The position numbers were made by a program, and so were the translations under genes. Positions 30,376 through 48,946 of a stretch of DNA of 64,000 bases are shown here, in pieces. Below the pieces are notes generated by a model, which did not search any database, had not been told where the DNA came from, and was given only the letters and a program-made list of their open reading frames with translations. The stretch comes from the human T2T-CHM13v2.0 reference genome, Homo sapiens: assembly GCF_009914755.1 (NCBI RefSeq), contig NC_060934.1. One strand, 5' to 3'. Within the stretch, counting starts at the first letter, position 1. Each line of letters begins with the position of its first letter.

Positions 30376-32170
30376 ATTATAGATATTTTTCCCTCTACAA
30401 GATTAGTCAGACTTCAAACTGTTAAATGCAAGATGACCAACATGAAGTTTGAAGGGGAAATAAGACAACTGAATGAAATGTCTATAGCTGACTCCAAACC
30501 ATCCTGCTTGAAACTGGGTTGAAGAAGAAATGTTTGAGAACTCAGTCCCATTCCAGGGCTTAGAGCCCCTTAGAATCTCTGGGGCCATCTTCATTTCACA
30601 TCCTCAGATAAACCCGAGACCCTGGAATAGGAGGGGCCAGAGACTAAATGAAATTGTGTGACGGCCTAACAAACTTGATGCTTCCTAGGGCATACCGAGA
30701 TTCCACATAGTTACTTGGCCCCTACAGTGTGCAAGGTTCTGCACTAACAGGTTTGGGTGCTGTAAAGCTGAATCAGAAGTGGACTCTGACCTCAGAGAGA
30801 TTTACAACTTATAAGAGATATTCTCCATATGTTCCTTGTGGTACTTAGGACAGCGGTCAGCACTCAAAGCCTCAGTCTAAGAACATAGTTCAGAGATTGT
30901 TATGACTCCATCCATATACATACCAAGTCCCTTATGGTGTTATCTGTTCCATGCTCTTTTTTCGTTCTCTAATATACGTGAATAATTAGGCATGAATAGG
31001 CAGGTAGTATCTCAGAGCCCTACGTCACCTCTGCATCCTGGTATCTACAATATAAATTCTGTCATTCCACCAAGTCCTTTCCACCCCATTTCTAGGTACA
31101 GATCCAACCAACCATATCGCCAAAGCAATCATCAACAAAGATCAGAGTGCTTGAAAAGGAATTAAAACACTCTGGATAGAGATTACTCTATTCATTATAT
31201 GCCCCAGGATGAACTCTGAAAAGCAGCGCTTAATTATCCAACACATGTTATCAAATTCCTAAACTCCTTCCAAAAAGCAGGATTAAAGCTTCGGAGTTTA
31301 AAATAAAAAATAAAAAAACAACTCCGCAACTCCTCTTACAGGTTGCCTTCAGGGTATCAAAAGGGGTGGCACTTACTGCTTTGCAAATACACTTTCTAAA
31401 AATAATCAATATTTTCTTTAAATGCTTACGGCAAAGCAACCAATTCACTTCATTTTAATTGCTCGCAAGCTGCAGAATGACTTGATCTCTTTAATATTTC
31501 ACTCATACTAGCAGCCACTGAGCTATGACTAACCCACTCTCCCCAGCATCGTCGCTGGCTCCAGATGGCAAGAAATACATTCCCTTTATTCTTGCCTGAA
31601 AAGCAATTCTGATTTTTTTTTCTTCCACCCATTTCACCTGCAGTAATTGTTTTACTCCAGAAAGAAAATGGGTGGGGAGTGGAAGGGGAGATTCATGCAG
31701 AGGGGAGTACAGGTGGGGAATTTACTTTTTTTTTTTTAATGGGGTGTAAGCACTGCAGCTTTAAATCGTGCTGCCTCAAGCCCTGGATTTCTTCCATAGC
31801 CGAGCTGCAAAATGGTAACTAGAAAGGAGGAAAAAATACCTCTTCCTCCCTCCTGGCCAGCCCTTCCACAGCTCCCGGCAGGGCAGCCAGCGCGAGCCCA
31901 TCCCCCACGCCTCCCAGCCCAGACGCGCGGCGGGCACAGGTGAGCGGGGCGCCGACTTTGGCCCTTAGGCTCGCCCACATCCGGGGATCAAGGTCAAGGG
32001 CGAGGGCTTCCTTCCCCTGCCCCCGGCCCCCGGCAGCCCCGAGCCCGGGGATCCGCTGCCAAAGTTTCAGGCCGGGCTGGGGCCGGCGCGGCTGTCGCAG
32101 CCCCCCCGCCCTCCCGCACCTGTTCGGCCCGCCGGGGTCAGTGGACGGTGCCCACCTGGTCCCCACTCAC

Positions 32171-32183
32171 CTCTGGCGGACAT
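32171..32183 (-). CDS. ATG-initiated 13-nt reading frame (MSAR + phase 1) at the end of exon 1; main start codon or uORF
   Basis: ATG in CACCATG context (A at -3), 13 nt before the donor. No in-frame downstream coding exon was recognised in the window. Confidence 0.35.
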
Positions 32184-32410
32184 GGTGCAGGCAGCGGGAG
32201 CCGGAGCTGGAAGGCGTTGGACAGCCCCGCAGGGCGCGGGGAAGAAGGCAGCCCCGGAGCGCCCGCCCGGCCCCGGCCCCCTCCGGCTCCCGGTGCGGGG
32301 ACGCCGCCCGCAGGACACCTGGCCGCCCGCTCCGCGCAGCAAGGCCGACGGGCGGGGACGCAGCGGCCGCAGGGACCCGCCGGGCGCGGCAGCGCTGACA
32401 CCCGCGGCCG
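32171..32410 (-). other. Probable first exon of a minus-strand gene (5' end approximate)
   Basis: Minus strand reads ...CCTGCACCATGTCCGCCAGAG|gtgagtgggg, a near-consensus donor with GT at 32170-32169. GC boxes lie just upstream (32415-32440). Confidence 0.7.
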
Positions 32411-33161
32411 CGCTGGGCGGGGCGCGCCTCCCCCGCCCCGAGCCGCCGGGGCCCACCCGGGTCCAGCAGCCGCTCTGCCGCGGCGCCGGGCGGGGCTCTG
32501 TCCCCGAGGAACGAGGGTCTGCGTCCTCCCCTCTCCCCGCCCGTCTTCTTAATAAGAAGAAAAATAACGTGGGTGCTCCGAATGGCTCTCCAGCTCTCTG
32601 GTCCCAGAGAGAGAAAGCAAGAAAGGGCCGTTCGTTCCTTCCCCTAAGTGATGCCCTTGACAGGAGAGCGAAGACCACGGTCGCCTGAGGGGGCTCAGCC
32701 CGCAGTCCACACGCGGGGACCGACCCACCAGCCCCTCCGAGTCGGCCAGGCTCTCGGAAAGCCTATGGGCGGGGTGGGATGGGGCGGGACTTTTCCTCCA
32801 GCGACCCTCGAGTCAGCGGGGGGCGTCAGGGTCCCCCCACCCAGCACCCGGTCTTGAGCCAACAGACACTCAAGGGAGGTCTGTGCATACACTTGATTTA
32901 CTGCATCAACTCTGAAGAGTCGGGGCTGGGCCGGGCTGGTGACCACTCTGAACAAATCCCCTTTTTCTATATGTCAGGATAAAAAGGAGAAAATACAACA
33001 AAAACCTCTTAGTGCCCTGGAGGTTTATCAACTAGCGCTTGATGCTAATAAGCAACATAATAAAAAGCCACCAGATCTAGAAATTCTAACTAAAAAGGTG
33101 GGATTCCACTCTCACGCCCTGTCCTCTCTTCCTCTGTGCACTCTCAAAACAGATGTTCTAT

Positions 33162-33655
33162 GGCCGGGTGTGGTGGCTCACTCATGTAATCCCAGCACTT
33201 TGGGAGGCTGAGGTGGACGGATCACTTGAGGTCAGGAGTTCAAAACCAGCTTGGCCAACATGGTGAAACACTGTCTTCAATGAAAAAAAAAAAAAAAAAA
33301 AAAAGCAAATTAGCAGGCCTTGGTGACCGGTGCTTGTAATCCCAGCTACTCGGGAGGTTGAGGTATGAGAATCGCTTGAGGTGGAGGATGCAGTGAGCCG
33401 AGATCACGGCACTGCACTCCAGCCTGGGTGACAGAGCAAGACTCCATCGAGATAAGAAAGAAAGAAAAAGAAAGAAAGAGAGAAAGAGACAGACAAGAAA
33501 GAAAGAAAAGAAAGAAAGAAAGAAAAGAAAGAAAGAAAGAAAGAAAGAGAAAGAAAGAAAGGGAAGGAAGAGAGAGAAGGAAGGAAGGGAAGGAGAAAAG
33601 AAAGGAAGGAAGGAAGAAAGAAAGAGAAGGGAAGAAAGAAAGAAAAGAAAGAGAT
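33162..33655 (+). mobile_element. AluS with tail expanded into a ~200-bp (GAAA)n/(GGAA)n tract
   Basis: Alu 33162-33450 and purine repeat to ~33652, both inside TSD agatgttcta. Confidence 0.92.
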
Positions 33656-33979
33656 GTTCTAGTTGTTTTCTATGTTGGCACTGCCCAAATCCATCCTGAT
33701 GTGATGGGAATTGCATGGAATTGTATAATAGTTCTGACAATTCAGAAATATTAAAAAATAGGTGAATGTAATTCTTTCAGAAAAAATAATTGATGGATAA
33801 TTGAGCATTGTTGAAAAAAACCCAACCAAATGATCATGTGGGAAAGGAAATACTAGAAAAAAGATTTGTAATGGGAATAGAAATTCTCAGATTCAAATGC
33901 CAACTACAAAAATCAACTCATTATTTATCCATTTTGACAACATCCCTTTCACTGTCTTTTAGGCAGAAAACTTGCCAGT

Positions 33980-34810
33980 GAATCACAATTCAGTTGCTTC
34001 AATCTCAAAACAACTCTCCTCTCCCACTATCCTCATTCCACTCTTAACCTTTCTCACCTAAAGCATGATCACAGGAATAGCCTGGTTGCCCTGCCTACAT
34101 TCAGCCTCCAGCCTCCACTGCCTCCCTACCACCCACCCCCCAGGTTTATTTTGCCCATTACCTTGAGAATAATTTTTCTATTTATAACATGACTAGTTCA
34201 TGTTCTACTATGAGGTTATTAGTGGGTCCTCACTGATCTCCAGATACAGACTGAACATTTCAAACTGTCTTCATCCAAGCAATTAATTCATCCAGCAAAA
34301 TTTTATTGAACACATATTATGTACCAGTCTCTAGGGTAGATACTAGGGTTACAATGGTGAACAAGATAGACATGATCTATGCCCACACAAAGCTTAGAGT
34401 CCACTGAAATTTTAAGGTCCTTCATAATCTGTGCTTTCCTACCTCGCCAGTGCCATCTCTAGCTACTCCCTACTCAAACATTTTACTGTAGACAGACTAT
34501 TTTTCCCTCTGTTTCTCAACAAGATAATATGTTTCCTGTCTCCCTGCCTTTACTCATTCTCATTTTTCTTCCCCAGTGTCCTCCTCCCCACCCAAGTTAA
34601 CTCATATAACATCTTATGAAAGGTTCTCCTTCTACCTTAACCCACAGTGATCTCGTTCAATCAACTTCTGTGGCATTTACTTTCAGAATCACCTGTTTTT
34701 ACTTAACACACTGCTTTCTGCTGCTGTTTAATGGTTTTGTTGTAAGTCTTTTCTATCTCCCCAAATCTCCTTGAAATCAGGGACTTGGCCAGTCTTGTCG
34801 AATTGAATTT
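33980..34810. mobile_element. L2 fragments (nested, both orientations)
   Basis: L2 3' motifs, including reverse attcatccagcaaaattttattgaac. Confidence 0.65.
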
Positions 34811-34897
34811 GTTCTGGAAGTATACAGAACATATGTTATATCAGATATCATACTAGTAAGATAGAGAGGTCCCAGAACTGTGTGCCTTCTTTTTAAT

Positions 34898-35194
34898 ATT
34901 TATTTATTTATTTGAGACAGAGTCTCGCTCTATCACCCAGGTTGGAGTGCAGTGACACCTCTTGGCTTACTGCAACCTCCACCTCCCGTGCTCAAGTGAT
35001 TCTCATGCCTCAGCCTCCTGAGTAGCTGGGATCACAGGCACGTGCCACCACACCTGGCTAATTTTTGTATTTTTAGTAGAGACGGGGTTTTACCATGTTG
35101 GCCAGGCTGGTCTCGAACTCCAGGCCTCAGGCAAACTGCCCGCCTCGGCTTCCCACAGTGCTGGGATTACAGGAATGAGCCACCGCACCCGGCC
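34898..35194 (-). mobile_element. AluS
   Basis: Reverse Alu consensus. Confidence 0.9.
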
Positions 35195-36239
35195 TATTTT
35201 TATTCTTTTAAGTAATATCTAGTCTTTTTCTCTAACTGCCACAATAGTTCTGGTTCTTATAACCTCATAGCAGAATTACAGATACAGTGGCAAATTCCTA
35301 ATAATGAACAGATCTTACTCTTGTCCTTAAGATGCTTGTAATAGACTACACAGATGATTATAAAATTCACTCCTAGATGTAAGTCTCAAATAAGGCACCT
35401 TTCCCAATACTGTTAGGCACATAGCAAGTACTCCGTGCCTGCCTGACTGGCAGGTTGCAAAATGGTAAGTTTGCTATCAAAGGTCATCTTTAGCTAAAAA
35501 GAGGATTCCCTATGTATTTAGCTTTAGTCTTCTTCAGGTTAAGTATATATTTTAAAATATATGTGATTTTCTTACATTTTGGAGTTGTGATATATGGAAA
35601 TGACATTTTAGGGCCACTCACATCATCTCAGAATCTCTTTCTATAATCTCAGAAATCTGAAACCAATTCTTCCAATCATACAGCAACCAAGTTTGTTAAT
35701 GGCTTGAATCTCCTAACAAATGTCTCATCTGAAATAACTGAGAATACTTTAGAAATCATTGTAAAAGCAAATTGTAAAGTGCAAGGAATTTTAGGAGACA
35801 TAGTAAATGCCACTTTTTAAAGTCAGGAAATAAAGTACAATCTATTGGTTGAAACCAGAGGAAAAATTTATATAGACCAAAGGGATGAAACACATTCCAG
35901 TCTGTGTTTGAAAAAAAGAGGTTCCTATTTGACTCTTGCCAAAAATGCTCTTTTAATTTCTAATGGAAGGAAAGGTAATGTACATTATTAACATTTTTTC
36001 TTTATTGATTTTTTAAATAATTGAATATTGAGTCTTACTCCCACAGCTTTTCAGCTGCCAACTCATCATCACTTCTCATTCTGAACCTAAGCTTCTCATG
36101 AGTAGCATGAGAATAATTCTTCTTTCTGCATAACTTCAAGCTTAAAGGCACACTGAACTACTCAATGGTTTTTAATCAAATACCTTTATAATACCTACTA
36201 TGTAATAGGCAATGAGGAAGTCCTGGCAAACAAGTTAGA

Positions 36240-38699
<2,460 letters not shown>

Positions 38700-38700
<1 letters not shown>

Positions 38701-40390
38701 TTGGACTGAAAAACAAGAGACAGAGTTAAACAGAGTAATAAGTAATCTAGTCCAAAGCCAGGGCAGAATGTGAAACTTGGAAGTACCTCTAACCTAGACA
38801 TGAGGGCTAGGGGCAGCATTTGGTAGAGCAGAGCAGAGATGTTAAATATTTTAGATGTAGGCTCTGTCATAAAGGAAATCAGTACAAGGGAACCAAGGCG
38901 GAGATAAGAATGAATTCTAGTCCCTAGCAGAAGCCAGGGGAAAAAAAGTACTAGATGTCCAAAGGTGCCCATGCCAGGAACTAGTTTCCTGAAACAAAAC
39001 AAAAAACACAGGTGTATTGTCCGTTCTCACACTGCTATAACGATACTACCTGAGTCTGGGTAGTTTATAAAGGAAACAGGTTTAATTGACTCACATTTTG
39101 GATGACTGGGGAGGCCTCAGGAGACTTACAATCATGGAGGAAGGTGAAGAGGAAGCAAAGACCCTCTTCACATGGTGGCAGGAGAGGGAAAAATGCAAGC
39201 AGGGGAAATGCCAGACACTTATAAAACCATCAGATCTCATGAGAACTCACTATCACATGAACAGCATGGGGAAACCGCCCCCATGATCCAATCACCTCCC
39301 TCCCTCAAAATGTGGGGATTACAGGTCCCTCCCTCCACACGTGGGGATTACAATTCGAGATGAGATTTGGGTGGGGACACAGAACCAAACCATATCAATA
39401 GGGTATTTGAGCAGTTTGAGAATTAGATATGTGGGAGTTCAATGGAATATTTGAGGGATCAGGAGATGCAACTGGTTTATCCTAATCATCAAGGATTATT
39501 CCTCTGTTGCTGGATGGTGTCTCTTTAGTTCCAAGAGAGAGGTGAGGCATATTTTAGAAAATGACTGGATTATCATTCTGAATACCATAGATAGACCAGG
39601 AAGAGCACATTAGCCACAGTAAGTTCTCAGTGTTCTGCAGATGAATCTATGGGATTATTGAAGACACACGTTTTACAAGCCTTCTCAGTCATTTAGATAC
39701 ATCAAATCATAGTGAATGGAACCTACAACCTAGTGATGGCACTGATTGTTATATTATTGAACTGCTTCATTTAAATTCTTAAGTGACATGCAGGATATAT
39801 CATTTGTGACTGAACTCCAAATCTAACATTTGTAAGGCATGAAACATTTTTCTAACCACTAGGACATCAACACTATTTTACCCAAAAAAATCAGAAAAGA
39901 AGCATCTAATACAAATTATGTTCCTAATATATAGGCAGAGGGCTGTTGCTAATAGTCAATGGAATGCCAAACTCCTGATGGGATTACATTAACATTTTGA
40001 TTTGATTGCAGATTAAAGCCAGTGAATAAAACTAAAGGTCACTTTAAAGGAGTATAAAGCTACAGTGGACATAACGTGGCATAGGTGATCTTGACACCAC
40101 AGAACTGTGAAGCCTGCAATCCTACAATATAGAGGGGTATGAGGAAGACATCTCAGGATACTGAAGAGTGTTGCAGAGGACCCACAAATAGTCCTGAGCA
40201 TGAGATGGTGGACAACAAACCCATTTTTGGTGTGGGTAAAATCATTAGCGACATCTTTTTCTTTTTTTTTTTTTCAGCAGTTTGAAGATGTGTCATTCCA
40301 TTTATTTTTTCATAATTTCTGTTAAAAAGACTGCAGCTGCCCTTACTGTTGTACCTTTGAAGGTAAAGCATATTTTTTCCTTTGTTAAAA
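38700..40390 (+). pseudogene. Possible ancient processed-pseudogene-like relic (parent unknown), split by the MST LTR
   Basis: Sequence I cannot assign to a repeat family, with balanced composition and a 3'UTR-like end. All frames contain many stops. Weak inference only. Confidence 0.25.
39013..39397 (-). mobile_element. MaLR solo LTR (MSTA/THE1D-like)
   Basis: tgtatt...aaccatatca termini. 5-bp TSD ACAGG/ATAGG. Confidence 0.9.
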
Positions 40391-40402
40391 AACGTAGTTT
40401 TG

Positions 40403-40987
<585 letters not shown>

Positions 40988-40989
40988 TA

Positions 40990-42085
40990 AAATGTTTTTT
41001 AATTTTTGGTTTTCATCAGTTTGACTATGATATACCTATGTATAAGTTTCTTTTATTCTACTTAGGTTGCACTTGTCTTTTAAATCTTTTAAATATTTTT
41101 TCTGCCCCGTTCTCTATCCCCACCCTCTCCAATTATAAATATGTTAGACTGCTTGTCTATGCCCCACATGTCTCTTTTGCCCCATTTTTTTCTTCCATGA
41201 TTTTTTCTGTTTCAATTTGGATCATTTTTATTGACCTGTCCTCAAATAGATTAACTCTTTCTTTGCTGTGTTCTGCCTGTAAAACTCACCCAAAGTGTTC
41301 TTAATTTCAGATAGTGTCCTTTTCATTTCTAAAATGTGTTTTTGAATCTTTCTAGTAGATTCTACCTCTGTTGAATTTCTCTCTCTTTTCATGTTTTTCC
41401 ATATTTTTTCTATTTTGTTTAACTTATTAATCATAATTATTCTTAGAGTCCTTGTCAGTTAACTCAAGTATATCAACCATCTGTGGCTTTGCTCATATTG
41501 TCTGCTTTTTCTCTTGGTTATTGGCCATATTTTCCTGCCCCTTCACAAATTTTGTAATTTTAATTGCATGCCAAACATTGTATATAAAATAATTGAGGGT
41601 AACTGGCCATGTATTTATGGCAGGATGCCTCCTCCTAGTGGGACTTTGTCTCTTAAGTACCATGAAATTGGGATATTTCACTCTGCCTCTCTGGCCAAGT
41701 CTCCCAGCCTCCTGCATCACCCAAGCATCAGCATATGCTCCTGTGTGTTCAGTTCTACACTAGTTTATAATCTGTCAAGCCAGCCCCACGCAAGCACCAA
41801 GAGTCCCTCTAGTCAAGCATGATTCTTAGTCTTCACTCAGAACTGACAAAAATCCCCAGGGAGGAAAATGGCCAGAGATTGTCAGCTCCCTTAGGAAGTA
41901 CTCCCCTCTCTCTGCAATGTTAGTTCATATGGTGTTCATTGTTTCCACAGCTCTCTCACTAAGGTCTCTCACTAAATCTTTTGCACTATGATTTTGGTAA
42001 CTTATCCTTCTTTTTCTTAGGTGTTGCAGCAAGAGCGCTGGCCTGCCATGATCTGCTACATTCTACCTGGAAATACAAGTCAGAA
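40990..42085 (-). mobile_element. Old L1M ORF1/5' fragments
   Basis: T-rich reverse L1 (ttttattgacctgtcctcaa, tttcatttctaaaa, ttaattgcatgccaaacattgt). Confidence 0.7.
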
Positions 42086-42150
42086 GTCAGCCTGTCATAT
42101 TTTTTCAAAAGGTGACTTGTCAAAATGAGACTTCTTTCATAAAATCAGTC

Positions 42151-42452
42151 TGGTTGGGCATGGTGGCTCACGCCTGTAATCCTAGCACTTTGGGAGGCTG
42201 AAGTAGGTGGATGGCTTGAGCCCAGGAGTTTGAGACCAGCCTGGGCAACATGGCAAAATCCCATCTCTACAAAAAATACAAAAATTAGCCGGGCATAGTG
42301 TCACACACCTGTGGTCCCAGCTACTCAGGAGACTGAGATGGGAGGATCACCTGAGCCCGGGAGGTTAAGGCTGCAGTGAGCCAGGATTGGGCCACTGCAC
42401 TACAGCATGGGTGACAGAGTGAAATGCTGTCTCAAAAAACAACAACAAAAAA
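42151..42452 (+). mobile_element. AluJ
   Basis: Alu with J diagnostics (gcttgagcccaggagtt, gggaggatcacctgagccc). Confidence 0.9.
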
Positions 42453-42637
42453 TCTCTCAATCTGTCCAAATAGTTAGATTGTCTTCAGTAATCTTTCCAT
42501 CGCGATCTTGCTTTGTTTCTACTACTACTCTGATGCTACATAATTAAGGTCACCAATCGTTGTCACTGTCTTTCCAAACCTGTTGTTCCTTACTTCCTCC
42601 GGCCATTCTTCCTTGTCCCCCTCCCATTCATCATCCA

Positions 42638-42680
<43 letters not shown>
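42638..42680. repeat. (CA)n microsatellite
   Basis: Direct reading. Confidence 0.97.
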
Positions 42681-42683
<3 letters not shown>

Positions 42684-43239
42684 TTTTAACAATACCAAAC
42701 TCCTTGTAGTTCCCCTAAATGAATCATGTTGTTTCCCTTACCTGAAATGCCCAATCCCTTTTTTATTTTCATTGCTAACTCCTCTCATCTTTCCAGAGTG
42801 TTCACGTCTACCAGGAGTGTTCTTGTCCCTCCCATTCCTTTCTACTCTAGCTCCACTCACAGTTCTGTGTAATCCCATCTTGTGGACTAACCCGTGTTAA
42901 AAAGATTTGTTTGCTGATTTGATTCTTCCCTCCACTACACGCCCCCATAACACAAAATGAGTCCCTTAAAAGCAGAAATGTTGCCTCACTGGTCTCCAGC
43001 ACCCAGTGGAGTATTTGGTATGAATGTCGGTCGAACTGTACTCTCTCCAGTGTGCATTTTGTTCCAGGAAGACTAGGTAATAGCAGGAGCATTAGAAGCC
43101 TCATCTTCAGGGCTGTTTGACATTGATTTTTTAAAAAATACATTTCCTGAGGTCTCACTAGTGCCAGAATATGAAAAAAATAATCATTCTTCTCTGACTA
43201 AAGTGGAATCACCAGTGATTTATTCTCTCCTTAATCAGT

Positions 43240-44050
43240 AATACTAGCTAACATTTATATAGCCCTCACTAGGTCCCAAGCACTTTGAACATATCATCTT
43301 ATTTCATGTCTATAACCACCTTCAGGTAGGCACTGTTGTTACCCTCCAATTTACAAAGGAGGAAACTGAAGTGCAGGGAGGTTAAGTAAGTGGCAAGCTA
43401 GAATCTGGATACAGGTTGTCTGGTTCCAGGGACCAGGCAGTTAGCCATTATGCTATGCGGCATGATTTCTTGCTTTCCTTGCCCTTTTTTCTTAAATGTT
43501 TAATTACATAAGTAGCATATCAATACATTTAAATTGTCAAAAATTCAGAAACAAAGCAAAAACTCACTACTATTTGATGGGTATCTTTCAAGATCTTTTT
43601 CTTTGTTTACGTACATATATACATTATGTGTGTGTACATATACACAAAGAAATATGTATTTTTATGTAACTGGATTATGCCTTATTTTTCTATAGATTTG
43701 TTTTCATTTAACAATTTGTCTTAAAGGTCTTTTCATATCGATGCATATTGATCTATTTTATTCTTTGAATGTTGCATAGTATGGATATATTCCATAGAAT
43801 GGGTGTAATATAGTTTAGGTAACCATTTTTCTTTTGCGAGTCATTTATGTTGTTTCTGATTTCACTGTTACAAACCAGGCTGCACTGAGTATCCTTGAAC
43901 ATGTCTCTTCACATTCATGCAACTATACGTCTAGGAAAGATCCTCAGAAATAAAATTGTTGGGATGAAGTTTGTGTTGACTTTTTTTTTTTTAATGGTGA
44001 CTCACATCCTGCCTTCCAGGGAGGCTGTGGCTTTTATTGTTTCATCATTC
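43240..44050 (-). mobile_element. MIR (43240-43455) and old L1ME 3' fragment
   Basis: atttacaaaggaggaaactgaag..gaggttaagtaa, followed by a reverse L1 3' region. Confidence 0.72.
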
Positions 44051-44360
44051 ACATATTAAAAGGGTTGTGTACACTTGGTTGAATTTATGGCAGAGTAAAA
44101 AATCATAATAAAATAAATAAAAGGGCTGTGGCTGGAGGTTTTCCAGGAAATCAACTCTCTATAAAAGCACTGCTCACACCCTAACATGCCAAGGAAAGCA
44201 AAGGCCTTCTCTCTTCTCCACCTCATCTTTAGGAAAAAGGAATTTTGGCCTGAGTTGCAGAATAAACAGTGTCCTTGAGAGCATACAGTGGGATTCCTGA
44301 AAAAGAAGGTGGCAGGCAAGAGGAAGGTGAAACTTTCTGTGGGAAGAAATCAAGTGGCTC

Positions 44361-44796
44361 TGTCAAAAGACAAAATTACAACCCATTTAGTTAAAGATCT
44401 TAATAGGCTTTTATCGGTGACTCTTGAATCAGGCAACAACTCAATCTGTAAATGAGCTGAACAGAGAAGTTTGGCTTTATAGACAAAAAGGGCTGGGGAA
44501 GCAGACATAGAGAACAAAAAGTGGATTAGTCATTTTGAAGTTGCTTTCTTCCTAAAGGTTAAAGCAGAGGGGACTTCCTTATCATGCCGGGTAAAACTGG
44601 CCTGTTTGGGGATTTGGCTCTCTCTCTCTCCCTGCCACCCCCAACCCCCTGATTCCTTGGAAGTTCAGATAAACACCTTGGTTTTGGTTTGGTGGTGTGA
44701 AACTTCAGCAGGAATTATTCCATTTTGCTTTGGTCTGTTGGGCCCAGTGCAGGAGCTCAGTACAAACCAACGGCCTCCTATCAATTTTCCTTCACA
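44361..44796 (-). mobile_element. ERV1 solo LTR (MER31-like)
   Basis: TG...CA termini. Reverse strand begins tgtgaaggaaaattgataggaggccgttggtttgtactgagctcctgcactgggcccaacagacc. Confidence 0.75.
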
Positions 44797-45287
44797 GGTC
44801 AAAGCTTTCTTACTTCTCTTAGGTTGTTCTTTTCTATGTTTTTTGACTGCATGGTAAAACAAGGCCTAGGAGTTTGAGCCCTTACCCCTGAAAGACCACA
44901 GTGGACAGGGCAGGTTCAAGGTTAAAAGATCATGGAGTTCAGGAAAATTTTGTTCTAAGTCCTTAAGGGAGACCAAGAGACTGGAGAGGGTGAGACTACA
45001 GGTTTGGGAAGAAGTAGAAAGCAATTGCCTGGAGGGGGCTCCTTGAGCAGAAATCCTCAAGGCTACAAAAAGGTCACTCTGGTAGCCCCGTGGTTGTTAG
45101 GGGCAACAGAATCACTTCTCCTGAGAAACAACCAACAAGTATTTGAATAAATGTCTTGCCTTTAATGGTTTTAAAATTTGATGCCAGTACTAATGTTATA
45201 TAAGTTGTGTATTGTTTGTGTGTACTCTTCTTAGTATTGTAAAGTGATGCTACTCCCTAAATCACCCCCACTTAAAAAAATATAATG

Positions 45288-45745
<458 letters not shown>

Positions 45746-46339
45746 TTAATGCACCATCCTTCTACTTGCCCTAGGTGCTCTAATGATTGAAAAGGTTTAT
45801 TTTTAATAAAGATTAAAGTTGCAGAACTCTCTGATATCAAACTGACTAAATTTAGAAGCATATAACAAGAGCCTTATTAGTATCACAGTCTGACCAATTA
45901 AATTGCCAAAATCTAAACATGCTCTTTCTGTATCTGTTTGATCAGGAAAAACAAAAGGCACTGTGGTCTGATAGTTTTATTAGTGCTCTTGTCTTTTATC
46001 CTATTTGGATCTCCATAAATGTTTCAATTCCTACAAGCAAGATTCACTCCTTTCTTTACTAGTATATTCTTAATAAACCAAAGCATAAAAACTAGGGATG
46101 TTCTGCTTAAATCAGGTTACCCATCTGTGATACTAGGAAGTGAGAATATCCTGAGCTTTAACACAGCCACCTTCCAGACACAAGTCTTCATTTAGGAACT
46201 ACAGAATGCTATAAATTAAATTAAAGTGAAAAATAGTAGCAAAAAAAATTCTCATTTAACATATACCCTGCACCAGGCCTCATGCTAAGAACTTTTTAAT
46301 ACTTTTTCATTATTTATTCCTATTAGATAAATCCTTAGG

Positions 46340-48110
<1,771 letters not shown>

Positions 48111-48121
48111 AGAAACGGATG

Positions 48122-48946
<825 letters not shown>

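Larger units (their letters stand above)
31850..32850. promoter_or_regulatory. CpG-island promoter of a minus-strand gene
   Basis: Abrupt very high GC and CpG density in an otherwise CpG-depleted window. Multiple GC boxes (GGGCGGGG near 32350, 32416, 32489, 32767; GGGGCGGG at 32781). Contains a strong minus-strand splice donor. Confidence 0.92.

Noticed and set aside
32171-32410. Assigning a gene symbol to the minus-strand gene
   Set aside because: Only 13 possibly coding nucleotides (MSAR) are visible. Proteins I recall starting with MSAR (e.g. TJP1, HMGA2, MARK1) do not fit this exon end, so no symbol is supportable.
31736-32982. Long overlapping ORFs (up to 203 aa) in the CpG island
   Set aside because: Low-complexity G/P/R/A-rich frames are expected from stop-codon scarcity in GC-rich DNA, and there is no recognisable domain.
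33240-33754. 166-aa F/L/S-rich and 108-aa K/E/R-rich ORFs
   Set aside because: Artefacts of the (GAAA)n tract.
39290-39355. Internal ~29-bp duplication in the MST LTR (cctccctc...gtggggattaca x2)
   Set aside because: I recall this as a shared feature of some MSTA/THE1D copies, so it is probably not locus-specific.
44141-44167. STAT-like TTCCAGGAA next to TATAAAAG as a plus-strand promoter
   Set aside because: Short motifs are expected by chance in 64 kb, with no supporting exon structure.
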